From positions 7,440,001 through 7,504,000 of the forward strand of contig OX597830.1 of NCBI GenBank assembly GCA_951406725.2: 64,000 nucleotides of DNA, in the 5' to 3' direction. Shown here one piece after another: positions 1 to 14,283 of this stretch (the first letter of the stretch is position 1; each line of letters starts with the position of its first letter). The DNA comes from Octopus vulgaris (taxonomy: Eukaryota). Under the pieces are notes generated by a model. That model saw only the letters and a list, made by a program, of their open reading frames with translations, was not told the DNA's origin and did not search any database. A program made the translations under genes and the position numbers.

Positions 1-211
1 ATGCAGAATTGAGAGCTTGGTTGGGTCAATTTTTCGAGTCGAAATCGGATATTGAAAACAAGGACGAGGTATTGAAAATATTGTTGAACGTTGGGAAGAA
101 GTTGTAAACAATAATGGTGAATAAATTATTGATTAATTAGTTGTTAGTTTTATTAAACTTTTTTAAAAATTTAAATTACAAAACGGCGGGAACTTAGTTG
201 GCAACCCAATA
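1..211 (+). mobile_element. Mariner-like DNA transposon 3' end (degenerate transposase C-terminus + TIR)
   Basis: Translates, with a frameshift, as AELRAWLGQFF...RGIENIVERWEEVVNNNGE*IID*, matching the mariner C-terminal GIxxLxxRWxxVVxxNGxY motif. Followed by a mariner-type terminus aaaacggcgggaacttagttggcaacccaa + TA. Confidence 0.85.
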
Positions 212-575
212 AATATAACTATATAAAGGGTATGAATACATACGAAACGAACCCACAAACATACATGAACTTCATGGACGGCCATAACGATGTCAACAAC
301 ACAACTAACACGGTCAGCAGAAGCGACGGTGCCATCGATGGCAATAACTACAACAACTACCACGTGGCAACACCGTGGCCGAACACACATACACAGAGGA
401 ATACAGGAACTGTACCGTATTTTGGGGTCTTAGGACAGCAGCAGCACAATGGAGTGAGAGGATGGGGCTGCTGAGGGGGAAGGCCACATTGCGGCTAAAA
501 ACTATGACACACACGCACCCATACATACACACATACACACATACACATACACAAACACACACACGCGCGCGCGCG

Positions 576-617
<42 letters not shown>

Positions 618-1046
618 GAAGGACACAAACGCATATGCACAATCGGATACACATCTTAGGAGAACAGAATTGAGTAAGTGGAGCAAGAGCAAACACGAAA
701 ACGAAAAGTGTCGCTGAAGATGTCACAGGTGTGTAACGAAATATTTCTGGACAATGGACATGAGTTAAAATACTTAAAATATTAAAAGAAGAACAGTAAT
801 AAACGAATGAAGAAAAAAAATGCAGTGCGTGTGTTTATTTGGCAAAAAGAAAATAAACCGTCCCGAAATACAATATATATAAACATACTCTCTCACACAC
901 AAAAATACAAAAGTGCCATTAATAATTTTGTGCTTTGGGTACATTAAATTGGCGAATTTATGTAACATGGTATGTATCCCCAACGAATCTTTCAGGCTCT
1001 GTTCATGTAAGTATGGTATGCTTTTGTATGTACATATTTATATAGT

Positions 1047-1372
1047 GAAGGCGTGTGGCTTAGTGGTTAGGGCATTCGGCTCGTGATCGTAAGGTCGTGA
1101 GTTCAATTCCCGGTGACGCGTTGTGTCCTTGAGCAAGACACTTTATTTCACGTTGCTCCAGTCCACTCAGCTGACAAAAATGAGCAGTACCTGTATTTCA
1201 AAACGGCCGGCCTTGTCACACTCTGTGTCTCGCTGAATCTCCCTGAGAACTACGTTAGGAGTACACGTGTCTGTGGAGTGCTCAGCCACTTGCTCGTTAA
1301 TTTCACGAGCAAGATGTTCCGTTGACCGTATCAGCTGGGACCCTCGTCGTCGTAACCGACGGAGTGCTTCTT
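1047..1372 (+). mobile_element. tRNA-derived SINE, family C (near full length)
   Basis: A-box tggcttagtgg, B-box gagttcaattcc, core gtccttgagcaagacactttatttcacgttgctccagtccactcagct. The head recurs at about 27300-27406 (-), 53612 and 60140. Confidence 0.85.
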
Positions 1373-1798
1373 TATTCCTTTACATATTGTGTAACTATAT
1401 ACATCGTGTAACTATATACTGTGTAATGTTGGCTTAGATAGACGAAACTCACTGCCAATTCTATTCTTGGTTTAGAATAAAATATTTGTATTCTACAAAC
1501 GTATGGAGTGGCCCATCTGATTCATAGAAGGTTGCTTTATTATAACTGAGCATTAAGAAGGAAAACAAATACGCACACACACGCGCACACATATTTATCT
1601 CACCACTTATATATACGTGTGTGGATATGTTGGTGGATCCGTGCGTGTGTATGTGTGAGTTAAGCTTAAATAGAGTGACGCTATAAATAAGATATATAAA
1701 ATAGAATTCATCCACACATGCACTCTATAGATATTAAATCGGGCCATTCAGAGATGGTTCCTACGTATCTATACGTGGGTCTCTGCCTGTCAGTGTGC

Positions 1799-1849
<51 letters not shown>

Positions 1850-1870
1850 TGTATACATAAATACATACAT

Positions 1871-3110
1871 GCCTCAAACGAAAACAATGAGGCAGGGTCT
1901 TAACACCGATCCAAACTGCCTTTGAATGTCGAATTATATCCCTTCAGCAATATATTTTAACCAACAAGTGTCGAAGTGCATCCCTTGACCAAGTTTGTAG
2001 ACATCCGGTTACTGACATCATAAAGCTTGGAAAGCAGCGCCTTGAGCAACATTCCTTGTGTGATAACCTTAAATACATACCCAGAGAAGTCGCACGTTAC
2101 TACCGCAACTTATTATCAGATGAAGGGATGAGCATATATGAGCAAAAGACTTATGCATGGATATGTTAGTAGAAAGATCCGAGATAATAGTAACACTGAT
2201 CATCAAAGCAGTCTATAGTGGCCCAACAACCGGATTACTACTTCTCACCTTGAAGAATATGCGTTCGCAATCCACAAACAAGGAATACCAGCCAAATACC
2301 TGATACACAAAAGGGTCAGAGGTGCAAGAAAAGCAGTAAAATTTGACAACCGATGTAGATTTTGTGGAGGTAACACCGAAAGGATCACCCAAATCGTAGG
2401 CAGTTGTCCAAAAATGTCATCACGGTATTATCTAATGATGAGACATGATATTGGAACCAGACACTATTATGCCGAGATCATTTGAAAGGATAACTACGAG
2501 GACAAAGTAATAAGAACCGATAAAATGGCGAAAGCCATAGCCACACATAGTAAAATGAAATGGTGGAATGTCTCAGTGAAAACCTCAATAAAATGTAAGC
2601 ACACCAGACCTGATATAATGATTTCAGATAGAGAGGAGAAACTGTGTACAGTTGTTGAAGCTGAAGATAAGTGAAAAAGAGAATATATACGTTGAATTAT
2701 TGAGAAATCTGCACTTACTCTATCCAGATTACAAGTTCAGGTAATTATTACGGCATTGGGATATGTAACACACTGACGAAATACCAATCTTGGGAAATTA
2801 GGCTTCTCAAAACCAGAAAGGACAAAGCTGATTCGAAGACTACAGATCCAATCCATCACTGGAACTGTAAGACCCTCTAGCACAAGCCAGAAGTTTATCA
2901 TTTGAATTTATATGAGCAAGTCTAAATATGCAACTATATGCATCAGAATTCATACATAAAACAAAACATACAAATCTGCACGTATACATACATACATACA
3001 AAAATACCCTGTTGTTGATGTTGAAAGTCCGATGAAGGAGCCTTGCATCTATGATAGAAACCGGCTCTTTTTCTATTGGCAAGAAATTTTTAAATAAAAT
3101 ACAATAATGA
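1871..3110 (+). mobile_element. 5'-truncated, degenerate RLE-type non-LTR retrotransposon (R4/Dong-like) in (ATAC)n
   Basis: Frameshifted translation has a zinc-knuckle remnant (RCRFCG...GSCP), RHD, and WWNVSVKTSIKCKHTRPDIMISDRE (PD..D/E nuclease). The 3' UTR runs into (ATAC)n. Homologous to 29515-30235. Confidence 0.85.
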
Positions 3111-3900
3111 CATACATGCATACATACATACACACACACACATACATACATACATACATACATACATACACACATACATACATACATGCATACACACATA
3201 CATACATACATGCATACATACATACATACATACATACATACATACATACATACATACATACATACATACACACATACATACATACATACATACATACATA
3301 CATACATACATACATACATACATACATACATACATACATACATACATACATACATACATACATACATACATACATACATACATACATACATACATACATA
3401 CACATACATACATACATACATACATACATACATACATACATACATACATACATACATACATACACACATACATACATACATGCATACATACATACATACA
3501 TACATACATACATACATACATACATACATACATACATACATACATACATACATACATACATACATAAATACATACATACATACATACATACATACATACA
3601 TACATACATACATACATACATACATTCATACATACATACATACATACATACATACATACATACATACATACATACATACATACATACATACATACATACA
3701 TACATACATACATACATACATACATACACGCATACATACATACATACATACATACATACATACATTCATACATACACAAATACATACATACACACATACA
3801 TACATACATACATACATACATACATACATACATACATACATACATACATACATACATACATACATACATACATACATACATACATACATACATACATACA
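3110..3900. repeat. (ATAC)n microsatellite, about 790 bp
   Basis: Directly visible; source of the YIHT/MYVC ORFs. Confidence 0.98.
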
Positions 3901-4202
3901 TAACGTGGTAAATGCCTTTAACTGTTAAATTCGCACAGGAAATATAAGAGAATAATATCTCCGTCCAAATAAAGACTTAACTCCACTGCAAATTATGACT
4001 GGCGGTTTCAGCAGCTTTCACCGTTGATGTAATATTCAAAGAACGCACGCGAATAAAGTTCCATATTGGATATGCTAAACGGGGAAACTAAAGATCAGAG
4101 TGAATTATGTGATTAATCAAACATTTAAATCAAATTATATAAATGTGCGAATGTGATAATGTGTATCTGTATATAGTCATGTATATACATGCATATGTAT
4201 AA

Positions 4203-4278
<76 letters not shown>

Positions 4279-4279
<1 letters not shown>

Positions 4280-4694
4280 GGCGCAGGAGTGGCTGTGTGG
4301 TAAGTAGCTTGCTTACTAACCACATGGTTCCGGGTTCAGTCCCACTGCGTGGCATCTTGGGCAAGTGTCTTCTGCTATAGCCCCGGGCCGACCAATGCCT
4401 TGTGAGTGGATTTGGTAGACGGAAACTGAAAGAAGCCTGTCGTATATATGTATATATATATATATGTGTTTGTTTGTGTGTCTGTGTTTGTTCCCCTAGC
4501 ATTGCTTGACAACCGATGCTGGTGTGTTTACGTCCCCGTCACTTAGCGGTTCGGCAAAAAAGTAACCGATAGAATAAGTACTGGGCTTACAAAGAATAAG
4601 TCCCGGGGTCGAGTTGCTCGATTAAAGGCGGTGCTCCAGCATGGCCGCAGTCAAATGACTGAAACAAGTAAAAGAGAAAAGAGAAATAAAAGAG

Positions 4695-4697
<3 letters not shown>
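4279..4697 (+). mobile_element. tRNA-derived SINE, family A (full length)
   Basis: Head ggcgcaggagtggctgtgtggtaag, B-box gggttcagtccc, internal (TA)(TG) tract, 3' end ggccgcagtcaaatgactgaaacaagtaaaagag. Many copies in the window. Confidence 0.92.
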
Positions 4698-4731
<34 letters not shown>

Positions 4732-4847
4732 CATATATATATATACATATATATATATATGTATATATATTATATATATATATATATACACATATATACA
4801 TACATATATATATATATGTATTATGTGTATATATACACATATATATA

Positions 4848-4901
<54 letters not shown>

Positions 4902-4916
4902 TATATGTGTATATAT

Positions 4917-5416
4917 AAAACATTTTTCACCTCATCGAACTTCGATACGGGTAAATCCTACAAATTTCGGCAATTATTATTGTTCCTGAAAATTGTATTT
5001 CTTCTACGTACCACGGACTGCTCGAAGCTTTCAAACTTCCTACAGATAAATCCTTGGAGCTTATAGTTACACACACGCACAAACACACACATGTGTGCGT
5101 GCGTGGGTATGTATGTATGTATATATATATAGTTAATTTAGCATATCGAAGCAGTCACCTACTTATCTTCCCTCATCTTGTTAAAATTCTCTTCTCTATG
5201 AATATATAAGCATGAAAATAAAATGTTTTGGTGAAATCCTAAAAAAATATTTTCTTCTATAAAAATTTTAAAATCATGTACAAAAATCGTTACAATATGC
5301 ACATTAAAACAATCTTTATGATGAAAATATTTTTCGGAAGGAGCTTTCACTATCTCCGGGCTTTCGGAAACACGTAGTGTTTACATACATATATAGTTAT
5401 ATACTATTTACATACG

Positions 5417-5470
<54 letters not shown>

Positions 5471-5545
5471 AATAGTATATAACTATGGGCTTTCGGAAAC
5501 ACGTAGTGTTTACATACATATATAGTTATATACTATTTACATACG

Positions 5546-5593
<48 letters not shown>

Positions 5594-6099
5594 CGTATGT
5601 AAATAGTATATAACTATATATGTATGTAAACACTACGTGTTTCCGAAAGCCCGGAGATAGTGAAAGCTCCTTCCGAAAAATATTTTCATCATAAAGAGTG
5701 TTTTAATGTGCATATTGTAACGATTTTTGTACATGATTTTAAAATTTTTATAGAAGAAAATATTTTTTTAGGATTTCACCAAAACATTTTATTTTCATGC
5801 TTATATATTCATAGAGAAGAGAATTTTAACAAGATGAGGGAAGATAAGTAGGTGACTGCTTCGATATGCTAAATTAACTATATATATATATACATACATA
5901 CATACATACCCACGCACGCACACATGTGTGTGTTTGTGCGTGTGTGTAACTATAAGCTCCAAGGATTTATCTGTAGGAAGTTTGAAAGCTTCGAGCAGTC
6001 CGTGGTACGTAGAAGAAATACAATTTTCAGGAACAATAATAATTGCCGAAATTTGTAGGCTTTACCCGTATCGAAGTTCGATGAGGTGAAAAATGTTTT
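4917..6099. repeat. Near-perfect long inverted repeat (arms about 520 bp) with a small internal duplication at the centre
   Basis: 4917-5445 is the reverse complement of about 5571-6099. The mirror ORFs 5159-5350(-) and 5660-5851(+) differ by one residue. Confidence 0.95.
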
Positions 6100-6424
6100 T
6101 CATAGCTCACGGTAGGCAACTTGAGTTGCTATGAACGTGAATAAAAATCCAAATTCAGAGAGTGGAACAGGTAAAATTCAGGCTACATATGTTTCTTCAT
6201 TAGAAGATCATCTGATGTAATAATTACTCAACGCCGGATGCTCATCCAGGTGCTTACCTGGCCGTGGATACCTTAATTATATGAAGGCTACATTGTCGTT
6301 AAAGGATCCCAAGTGAATTCGCCCAACATATAATTTTACATGCTCCTCTCCCTCAATTTCGATATACATATATATGTCTGCATATACATGTGTATATATG
6401 TATATACATATAAATATATATGTA

Positions 6425-6462
<38 letters not shown>

Positions 6463-6500
6463 CGTGTGTGTGTGTGTGAGTGTGTCTGTGTGTATATGTG

Positions 6501-6560
<60 letters not shown>

Positions 6561-6809
6561 GTATTTATATACGTATATATATATATAAGTATATATATTT
6601 ACATTGTCAGAGACACACACATTTGCATATATGTACATATACATATATATGTGTGTGTATATATATACATACACACATATATATATATATACATATACAT
6701 ATGTGTGTGTACATGCACATATATCAATTTGCATATATGTATGCATACATGTACACATAGGTATAAGTCTAATACATATACATACACACATACATCCACA
6801 CACCCACTC

Positions 6810-6842
<33 letters not shown>

Positions 6843-6901
6843 GATACATATCTATATATATATATATACATGCATACGCATACAGTTATGCTCATATTAG
6901 T

Positions 6902-7015
<114 letters not shown>

Positions 7016-7421
7016 AAAGTGTTCCCGCACATGTATCTGAGATGCCGAAATCTATAAAAAAAAAGTATTAGAAACTCTAGCAAAAAAATATATATATATA
7101 CAAAAATAAAATAAAAAAATATTCTTCAATATCCAGAAAGGAATCGGTTCTAAAATGTATCCTAAAACCCAGTACATTAACACTCCCTTATAGAGATTTC
7201 TCGATTTCCATGGCAATTATGGTAAATTATATGAAAATACCCGACTGGAATATTATAGCGTCAGATTAGATTACCATATTTATGGTTCCATATTGCGTCT
7301 CAATTGTTTAGACGTTTAGGTTTACCATGTTGCATGGAGGTGAGTAGGTGTGGACGAGAGATGCCTACAAACCTTTGAGTAAGACGGCCTCGTTCCATCT
7401 ATGCTTATATATGTGTGTGCG

Positions 7422-7452
<31 letters not shown>

Positions 7453-7566
7453 TAATGTATTTATATGTGTGTTCGCGCGTATGAGTGGGTGGGTGCGTAT
7501 ACACCCATTCGTATACATATATATATATATATACATACACATATATATATAACGAGAGAGAGATTT

Positions 7567-7618
<52 letters not shown>

Positions 7619-7888
7619 GTATATAGTTGTTAATCAATCGTATGGTATATAAGTATATATAAGTAAATATATGCATATATATATATATATATAATAGTAT
7701 ATATGCATATCCTTATATTCTATATATTTATTATGTATAATATTTAGATGTATTTAAACATATATTTATAACTTATGTGTATATACATATGTATATGTGT
7801 GTGTGGGTATACATATAAATATATATATATATATATATTTTCGTTATCATCATTATTATCATTATTATTATTAATTGTATTTTTATTA

Positions 7889-7979
<91 letters not shown>

Positions 7980-8069
7980 CCTCACCATTATATTATATTT
8001 TCCATTATCTTTAGGTATATATACATACATACGTACCTACATACATACATACATACATACATACATACA

Positions 8070-8151
<82 letters not shown>

Positions 8152-8389
8152 AAGTCACGCAGACAGACAAATATACATGTGTGTGTGAGTGGAAGTGTTA
8201 CGTTTAGTAGTTATAATGATGCACTCATGATCGCATGATTGTGGTTTCGAGTGCTGTGCGGGGCGATGCCAAGAATAAACATCTCATTTCAAGTTGCTTC
8301 ACACCACACACCTGAGGTGGGTTAATATAGACGCCAGAGAATAAGGTAAACCCCACGCGACAATGGCTCGGAGACGAATTTTGATACTA

Positions 8390-8432
<43 letters not shown>

Positions 8433-8539
8433 CGTGCATGCGTGTGTGTGTACATGTGTCTGCTTGTTTTTAACTTTAAGAATAAGTGCTGAATATATTT
8501 GACCAAAGTTGAAGTTTCACACACATCCTTACACACACA

Positions 8540-8575
<36 letters not shown>

Positions 8576-8666
8576 ATACAAAGAAACACTCACACGCATA
8601 CACATTCACACACTTGTAGGCGTGTGCGTATGCGAACGAATAAATGTATACACAAAAATATAGAGA

Positions 8667-8768
8667 GGCGCAGGCATGGCTGTGTGGTAAATAGCTTGCT
8701 TACGAACCACACGGTTCCAAGTTCAGTCCCACTGCTTGACATCTTGTCTTCAACTATAGCCTCGCACC
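8667..8768 (+). mobile_element. SINE family A, 5' fragment
   Basis: ggcgcaggcatggctgtgtggtaaatagcttgc matches the family A head. Confidence 0.8.
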
Positions 8769-9401
8769 GTCGTACCTTTTTCTGACTTTCTGACCACCAA
8801 AACGAAGGGCTAATAAATTATGTTTTTTTTTCCTATTTATTTTCAGAGATGCTGCCGCATCCCCGCAATCACGATGCTTTTCAGTTGGCCATTGAACCAG
8901 TGATTTTGGTCTTCCAGACAACTGACCCTATTGCAGATAATATTGCATTGCGTGGGACAACGTAGACGTACAGTTCTATGCGCAAACACATATGCAAACA
9001 CACACACGCACACATAGATTTACAAGCGTATACACCCAGAAAATAGTTTATGCTTTTTACTCTCTAAATACTTTCAGTCAATTTGCGATGGTCATGTTGG
9101 GATACAGTCTTATTATCTATCTGCATGTCTATCTCTTCACCTATCTATATTTCTATCAATTTATCTGTTTATCTATTATATTTGTCTATTAATGTGTGTG
9201 CATTTGTGTATATGTATGTGGATGTGCCTGTGTGTCTGTGTATGAGCCCGATGTTTGTATATACAAAAAGGGCTTCCAAGCAGGTTCCATCTGTCAAATG
9301 TCAAATTCACTCGCAAGACATTAACCCGGGTCTACAGTTGAAAACACGGTTATATACATACACACACACATACATGCGTACATATATACATACATGCGTA
9401 C

Positions 9402-9451
<50 letters not shown>

Positions 9452-9590
9452 GTGTGTGTGTGTGAGTGTATGTATGTATGTATGTATGTATGTATGTATG
9501 TATGTATGTATGTATGTATAAATATATATGAGGATATTTTGTGGCGGCTTAGCATGCGTAGAAAAAAACCAATAAAGGTAAAATTATCAA

Positions 9591-9719
9591 TTAATAATTG
9601 AGAGTACGAACAGGTAGTATGGACATGCTAAAATGGCAGTCAAAATGACCTTCTGGATTGGTCATCTTGGCTGCTATTTTAACATGCCTTTACTGTGTGT
9701 TTGTACCCTTAATTATTAA
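9591..9719. repeat. Degenerate foldback (arms about 60 bp) ending at (TA)n
   Basis: ttaataattgagagtacg...aaatgacc pairs with ggtcatctt...gtacccttaattattaa. A related unpaired copy lies at about 15560-15700. Confidence 0.7.
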
Positions 9720-9732
9720 CATATATATATAT

Positions 9733-10046
<314 letters not shown>

Positions 10047-10727
10047 CGTAAATGTACACATAGATCATATATACGTATATCTATATATACATACATATAT
10101 ATATGAGTGTGTGTGTGTGTGTGTGTTGTTTGTTGTGGTAAGTTGTATATAAAAACATTCAAGGAGAAACTGAAGAATTACTTAATACTTTTAGTAGACA
10201 TCGTGTTTTTTAAAAATTTTACAGAAAGACAAGTGACAGTAAGACCGTGTGCTAGGAGGCAGAAACTTCGAGGTTACAGTCACCCTCCTCTGGAAAAGTT
10301 TATATTTACTCATACATGCAGTATATTCAAATATACGCACATGTACCGGTATATACCCAGCAATAAGTAACACAGTGTGTGTGTGTGTGTCTAAAAAATG
10401 TGCAATATAAATAGAAAAAAAAAAGCTTATACGTGACGGACGAAGTCTAGTAGTCAAGGTTATGGCATTACATCTATGTGAACAACAGGTCTATTTTGGT
10501 CTTGCACTGGTCACTGGTCAGACAATACGCTACTGTACGGACAGGTCCTGTTTGGAGGCGGACCACTTCCGATACACCGATGCTACTGCTACTGCGGAGA
10601 TAGTCACGCAGTACAGACCTAAAGAACATCCGTTCCGAAAACACTCACACATACAGGTATACATTTATACATATATGCATACACACACATACATATATAT
10701 ACGCACACACACACATACATACATACA

Positions 10728-10761
<34 letters not shown>

Positions 10762-10836
10762 GAAACACACACATACACGCACATATATATATATACAGAC
10801 CTACTGACACATGTTTATATATATGTACTCTCTGTA

Positions 10837-10911
<75 letters not shown>

Positions 10912-11226
10912 GCATATATATATATATATACACACACATACAGAGAGTATAGATACATACATACAGATATACATACGTACATATATACATAGATGAATGG
11001 ATGGACAGACAGACAGACAGATATGTAGATAGATAGATAGATAGCTAGATAAATAAATGCGTATTTATATATACATACATATATACGCATATATGTATTC
11101 GCGTGTATGTATGTGTGTATGTATGTATTTGTGTAAGTATGTGTGTATGCTTATAAATATATATGTGTCCGCGTGTGTTTTATTGTGTTTATGAAAGTTT
11201 GTATATTCGTAATTATATATATGTGA

Positions 11227-11257
<31 letters not shown>

Positions 11258-11521
11258 CACAACACAACACACACAGACACACACATATGTATGAATGCCT
11301 GTGTGCAATCATTAGATTTTAAGGAAGTTCCCGCCTTCGCTGTCCGCAGGAGTAGACGGGAACATTTCTGAAATAACAGGACAGCAGTCAAGTTTGCGCT
11401 TTCAAACTTTCTGAACCTAAACAGGTACATGTGCCTTGGGGAAAATCGAAGGCGTCACACTTCCGTCTCCGTCACGCTCTTCTATCGTATGTGTGCATAT
11501 GTGCGTGCGTGTATGTGTGCG

Positions 11522-11578
<57 letters not shown>

Positions 11579-11601
11579 GTGTGTGTGTTCGTACGCGACT
11601 T

Positions 11602-11632
<31 letters not shown>

Positions 11633-12057
11633 CGAGAGACAGACAGACAGACAGAGAGAGAGAGAGACAGGGAGACAGACAGACAGTCAGACAGACAGGC
11701 AGAGAAAAGAGTGGGAGAGAGAGATGGTAAGAAAGATGGGGGAAGGGAGAAAAATTGATTGCTAGATAGGTAGATGAGCGTGTGTATAAATGTATGCATT
11801 TATCAGCGTATACACACACACATGTGCATGCATATGCATACATACATACATACATACATAGATGCATACAAACATACAGACATACGTACATACATACATG
11901 CATGCATGCATACATACATACATACACACACACATACATACATACATACATACATAGATGCATGCATACATACATACATACATACATGCATGCATACATA
12001 CATAAATACTTACATAAATACATACATACATACATACATGCATGCATACATACATGC

Positions 12058-12560
12058 AATCTCTTGACAATATGGCTAGACTACAGAAAATGTTTTCAGC
12101 TCTGTGCTCCACTTATGGATGATAGAACCGTTTCACTTCGTTAAAGTGCCAGCTGCTGTTGTGAAGGGCATTGAAAGACTGGCAGCAACATAGTCCACAT
12201 ATTTATGGATGACAACTACTAAACCAACACCGGTTGTTACAAATAGAATTAAACTATTAAAACAGGCATATTCCAGGGTGACAGTTTATCTGTAATGCCG
12301 TTTGTAGAGGCAGTGTGTTATTTGTCAGCGCTGTTAACAAAGTTCCAAGTCTACATGCTGGGATATGTAGAAAAGGATACAATTAATGTCACCCACACAT
12401 TTTTTGTTGATGACCTAAAGTTCTGATCAAGATCACGAGAAGATTAGAAGTAGTCACGACATTCTTAGGAGTGGAGTTTGTGCAAAGATAAATGCTCATA
12501 CATGGTAGTCAACCGAGGAAGAGTTTGAAGTTCAGCAGTGACATGTGTAATCGTGAGATC
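12058..12560 (+). pseudogene. Degenerate reverse-transcriptase fragment of an RLE-clade LINE
   Basis: Motifs NLLTIWLDYRK, GIFQGDSLSV and THTFFVDDLK, with stops and frameshifts. Begins directly after an (ATAC/ATGC)n tract. Confidence 0.85.
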
Positions 12561-12842
12561 CATCTGAGAGGTCTGTGTCTCATGGTGATGTATAAACGGA
12601 AGAAAGAGAGAAATCGCTAATCTGTAGCAGAGTCAGCGACAACAGCGATGGCCTACCAAGAAGTTACTGTCTCAAGGCTAACACCAGTTAAGGACCCAAA
12701 TATAAGAACAACGAGGAAATGTATAGGTGGGATTGAACTTTAAGTGGTGGCATTTCATCCATGTGGGTGTGATTTGTTGTTATTTGATTTTCATTTTATG
12801 TAATTATTTGTAACATACTCTTAATGTCTTTAATTATAATAT

Positions 12843-13066
12843 AGACAGCGCGGCGAGCTGGGAGATCCGTAAAACACGTTGGACGAAATGGTCAGAGGCA
12901 TTTTCTTCGTCATTACGTTCTGAGTTCAAATTTTGCCAAGGTCGACTTTGCTTTTCATTTTTTCGGGTTCGATAAAATAAGTTGCAGTTGAACACTAGGA
13001 TCCATGTGATCGACTTACCCCACTCCCATGAAGGTGCTGGCCTTGTGTCAAAATATAAAACCAATT
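12843..13066 (+). mobile_element. tRNA-derived SINE, family B (Nin/Deu-like core)
   Basis: gcggcgagctgg head, gagttcaaat B-box, ggtcgactttgcttttcat core, diverged. Confidence 0.8.
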
Positions 13067-13212
13067 ATAATGTCCTTATTCAACCTATGAGATTTATAGA
13101 AAAGCATGTGTAATAACAACACAGCTATTGCAAACTATTTTCTGACAGGTTGTATAAATGTTGATACATATTTATTGTATGGGTCCTTGTGGCCAATAAA
13201 TGAATGAATTAT

Positions 13213-14104
13213 AGACGCAAGAGTGGCATTGTGCTAAGAAGCTTGCTGTCGTAAGGCGGCGAGCTGGCAGAAACGTTAGCACGTCGGGCGAAATGCTTAG
13301 CGGTATTTCGTCTGCCGTTACGTTCTGAGTTCAAATTCCACCGAGGTCGACTCTGCCTTTCATCCTTTCGGGGTCGATTAAATAAGTACCAGTTACGCAT
13401 TGGGGTCGATATAATCGACTTAGTCCGATTGTCTGACCTTGTTTGTACTCTCTGTGTTTAGCCTCTTGTGGGTAGTAAAGAAATAGGTATTTCGTCTGTT
13501 TTTTACGCTCTGAGTTCAAATTCCGCCGAGGTCGATTTTGCCTTTCATCCTTTCGGGGTCGATTAATTAATTACCAGTTACGCACTGGGGTCGATGTAAT
13601 CGACTTAATCCATTTGTCTGCCCTTGTTTGTCCCCTCTATGTTTAACCCCTTGTGGGCAATAAAGAAATAAGAAGCTTGCTTACCAACCACATGGTTCCG
13701 GGTTCAGTCCCAGTGCGTGGCATCTTCAGCAAAATATCTTCTACTAAAACCTCGGGCCGACCAAAGCGTTGTGAGTTGATTTGGTAGACGGAAACTGAAA
13801 GAAGCCCGTTGTATATATCTATATATATGTGTGTGTGTGTGCGTGTGTGCGTGTGTGTGTGTGTGCATGTGTGTATGTTTGTGGTGTCTGTTTGTCCTCC
13901 CACCCTACCCTACCGTCGTTTGACAACGATGTTAGTGTGTTTACGTCCCCGTAACTTAGTGGTGCAGCAATAAGAGACCGATAGAATAAGTATTAGGCTT
14001 ACACAGAATAAGTCCTGGGGTCGATTCGTTCGACTAAAGGCGGTGCTCCAGCATGGCCGCAGTCAAATGACTGAAACAAGTAAAAGAATAAAAGAACAAA
14101 AGAA
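13213..14104 (+). mobile_element. SINE family A interrupted by a family B insertion
   Basis: Head at 13213-13247; body resumes at 13669 and runs to the gtaaaagaataaaag tail. Confidence 0.85.
13252..13668 (+). mobile_element. SINE family B with tandem internal duplication; 13-bp TSD
   Basis: aggcggcgagctggcagaaacgttagcacg head; gcctttcatcctttcggggtcgat occurs twice. TSD taagaagcttgct at 13235-13247 and 13669-13681. Confidence 0.9.
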
Positions 14105-14283
14105 ATTATCTTGATTACTAAAAACGCTAGAGCGTCAGATAAAATATCTTACGTTCAAATTCCACTTACGATATTGTTGTTGTTGTTGTTCTTCTTCTTC
14201 TTCTTCTTCTTCTTCTTCTTCTTCTTCTACTTCTTCTTCTTCTTCTTCTTCTTCTTTTTCTTCTTCTTCTTCTTCTTCCTCTT

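Noticed and set aside
232-474. 80-aa Asn/Thr-rich ORF
   Set aside because: Composition follows (AAC)/(AC) low complexity; no motif or splice support.
1047-1120. tRNA-like sequences at SINE heads
   Set aside because: A/B boxes continue into SINE bodies and no complete cloverleaf is seen.
2840-3928. Long ORFs (MYVC/YIHT repeats) and similar IYIY, CVCV, poly-I/N/S/F ORFs across the window
   Set aside because: They are translations of microsatellites that lack stop codons.
5159-5851. Two near-identical 63-aa ORFs on opposite strands
   Set aside because: By-product of the inverted duplication; GTG start and no recognisable domain.
6180-6220. Minus-strand CAGATGA...GAAA-CATATG-TA hammerhead-like string
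   Set aside because: Stem I and the cleavage triplet cannot be placed consistently.
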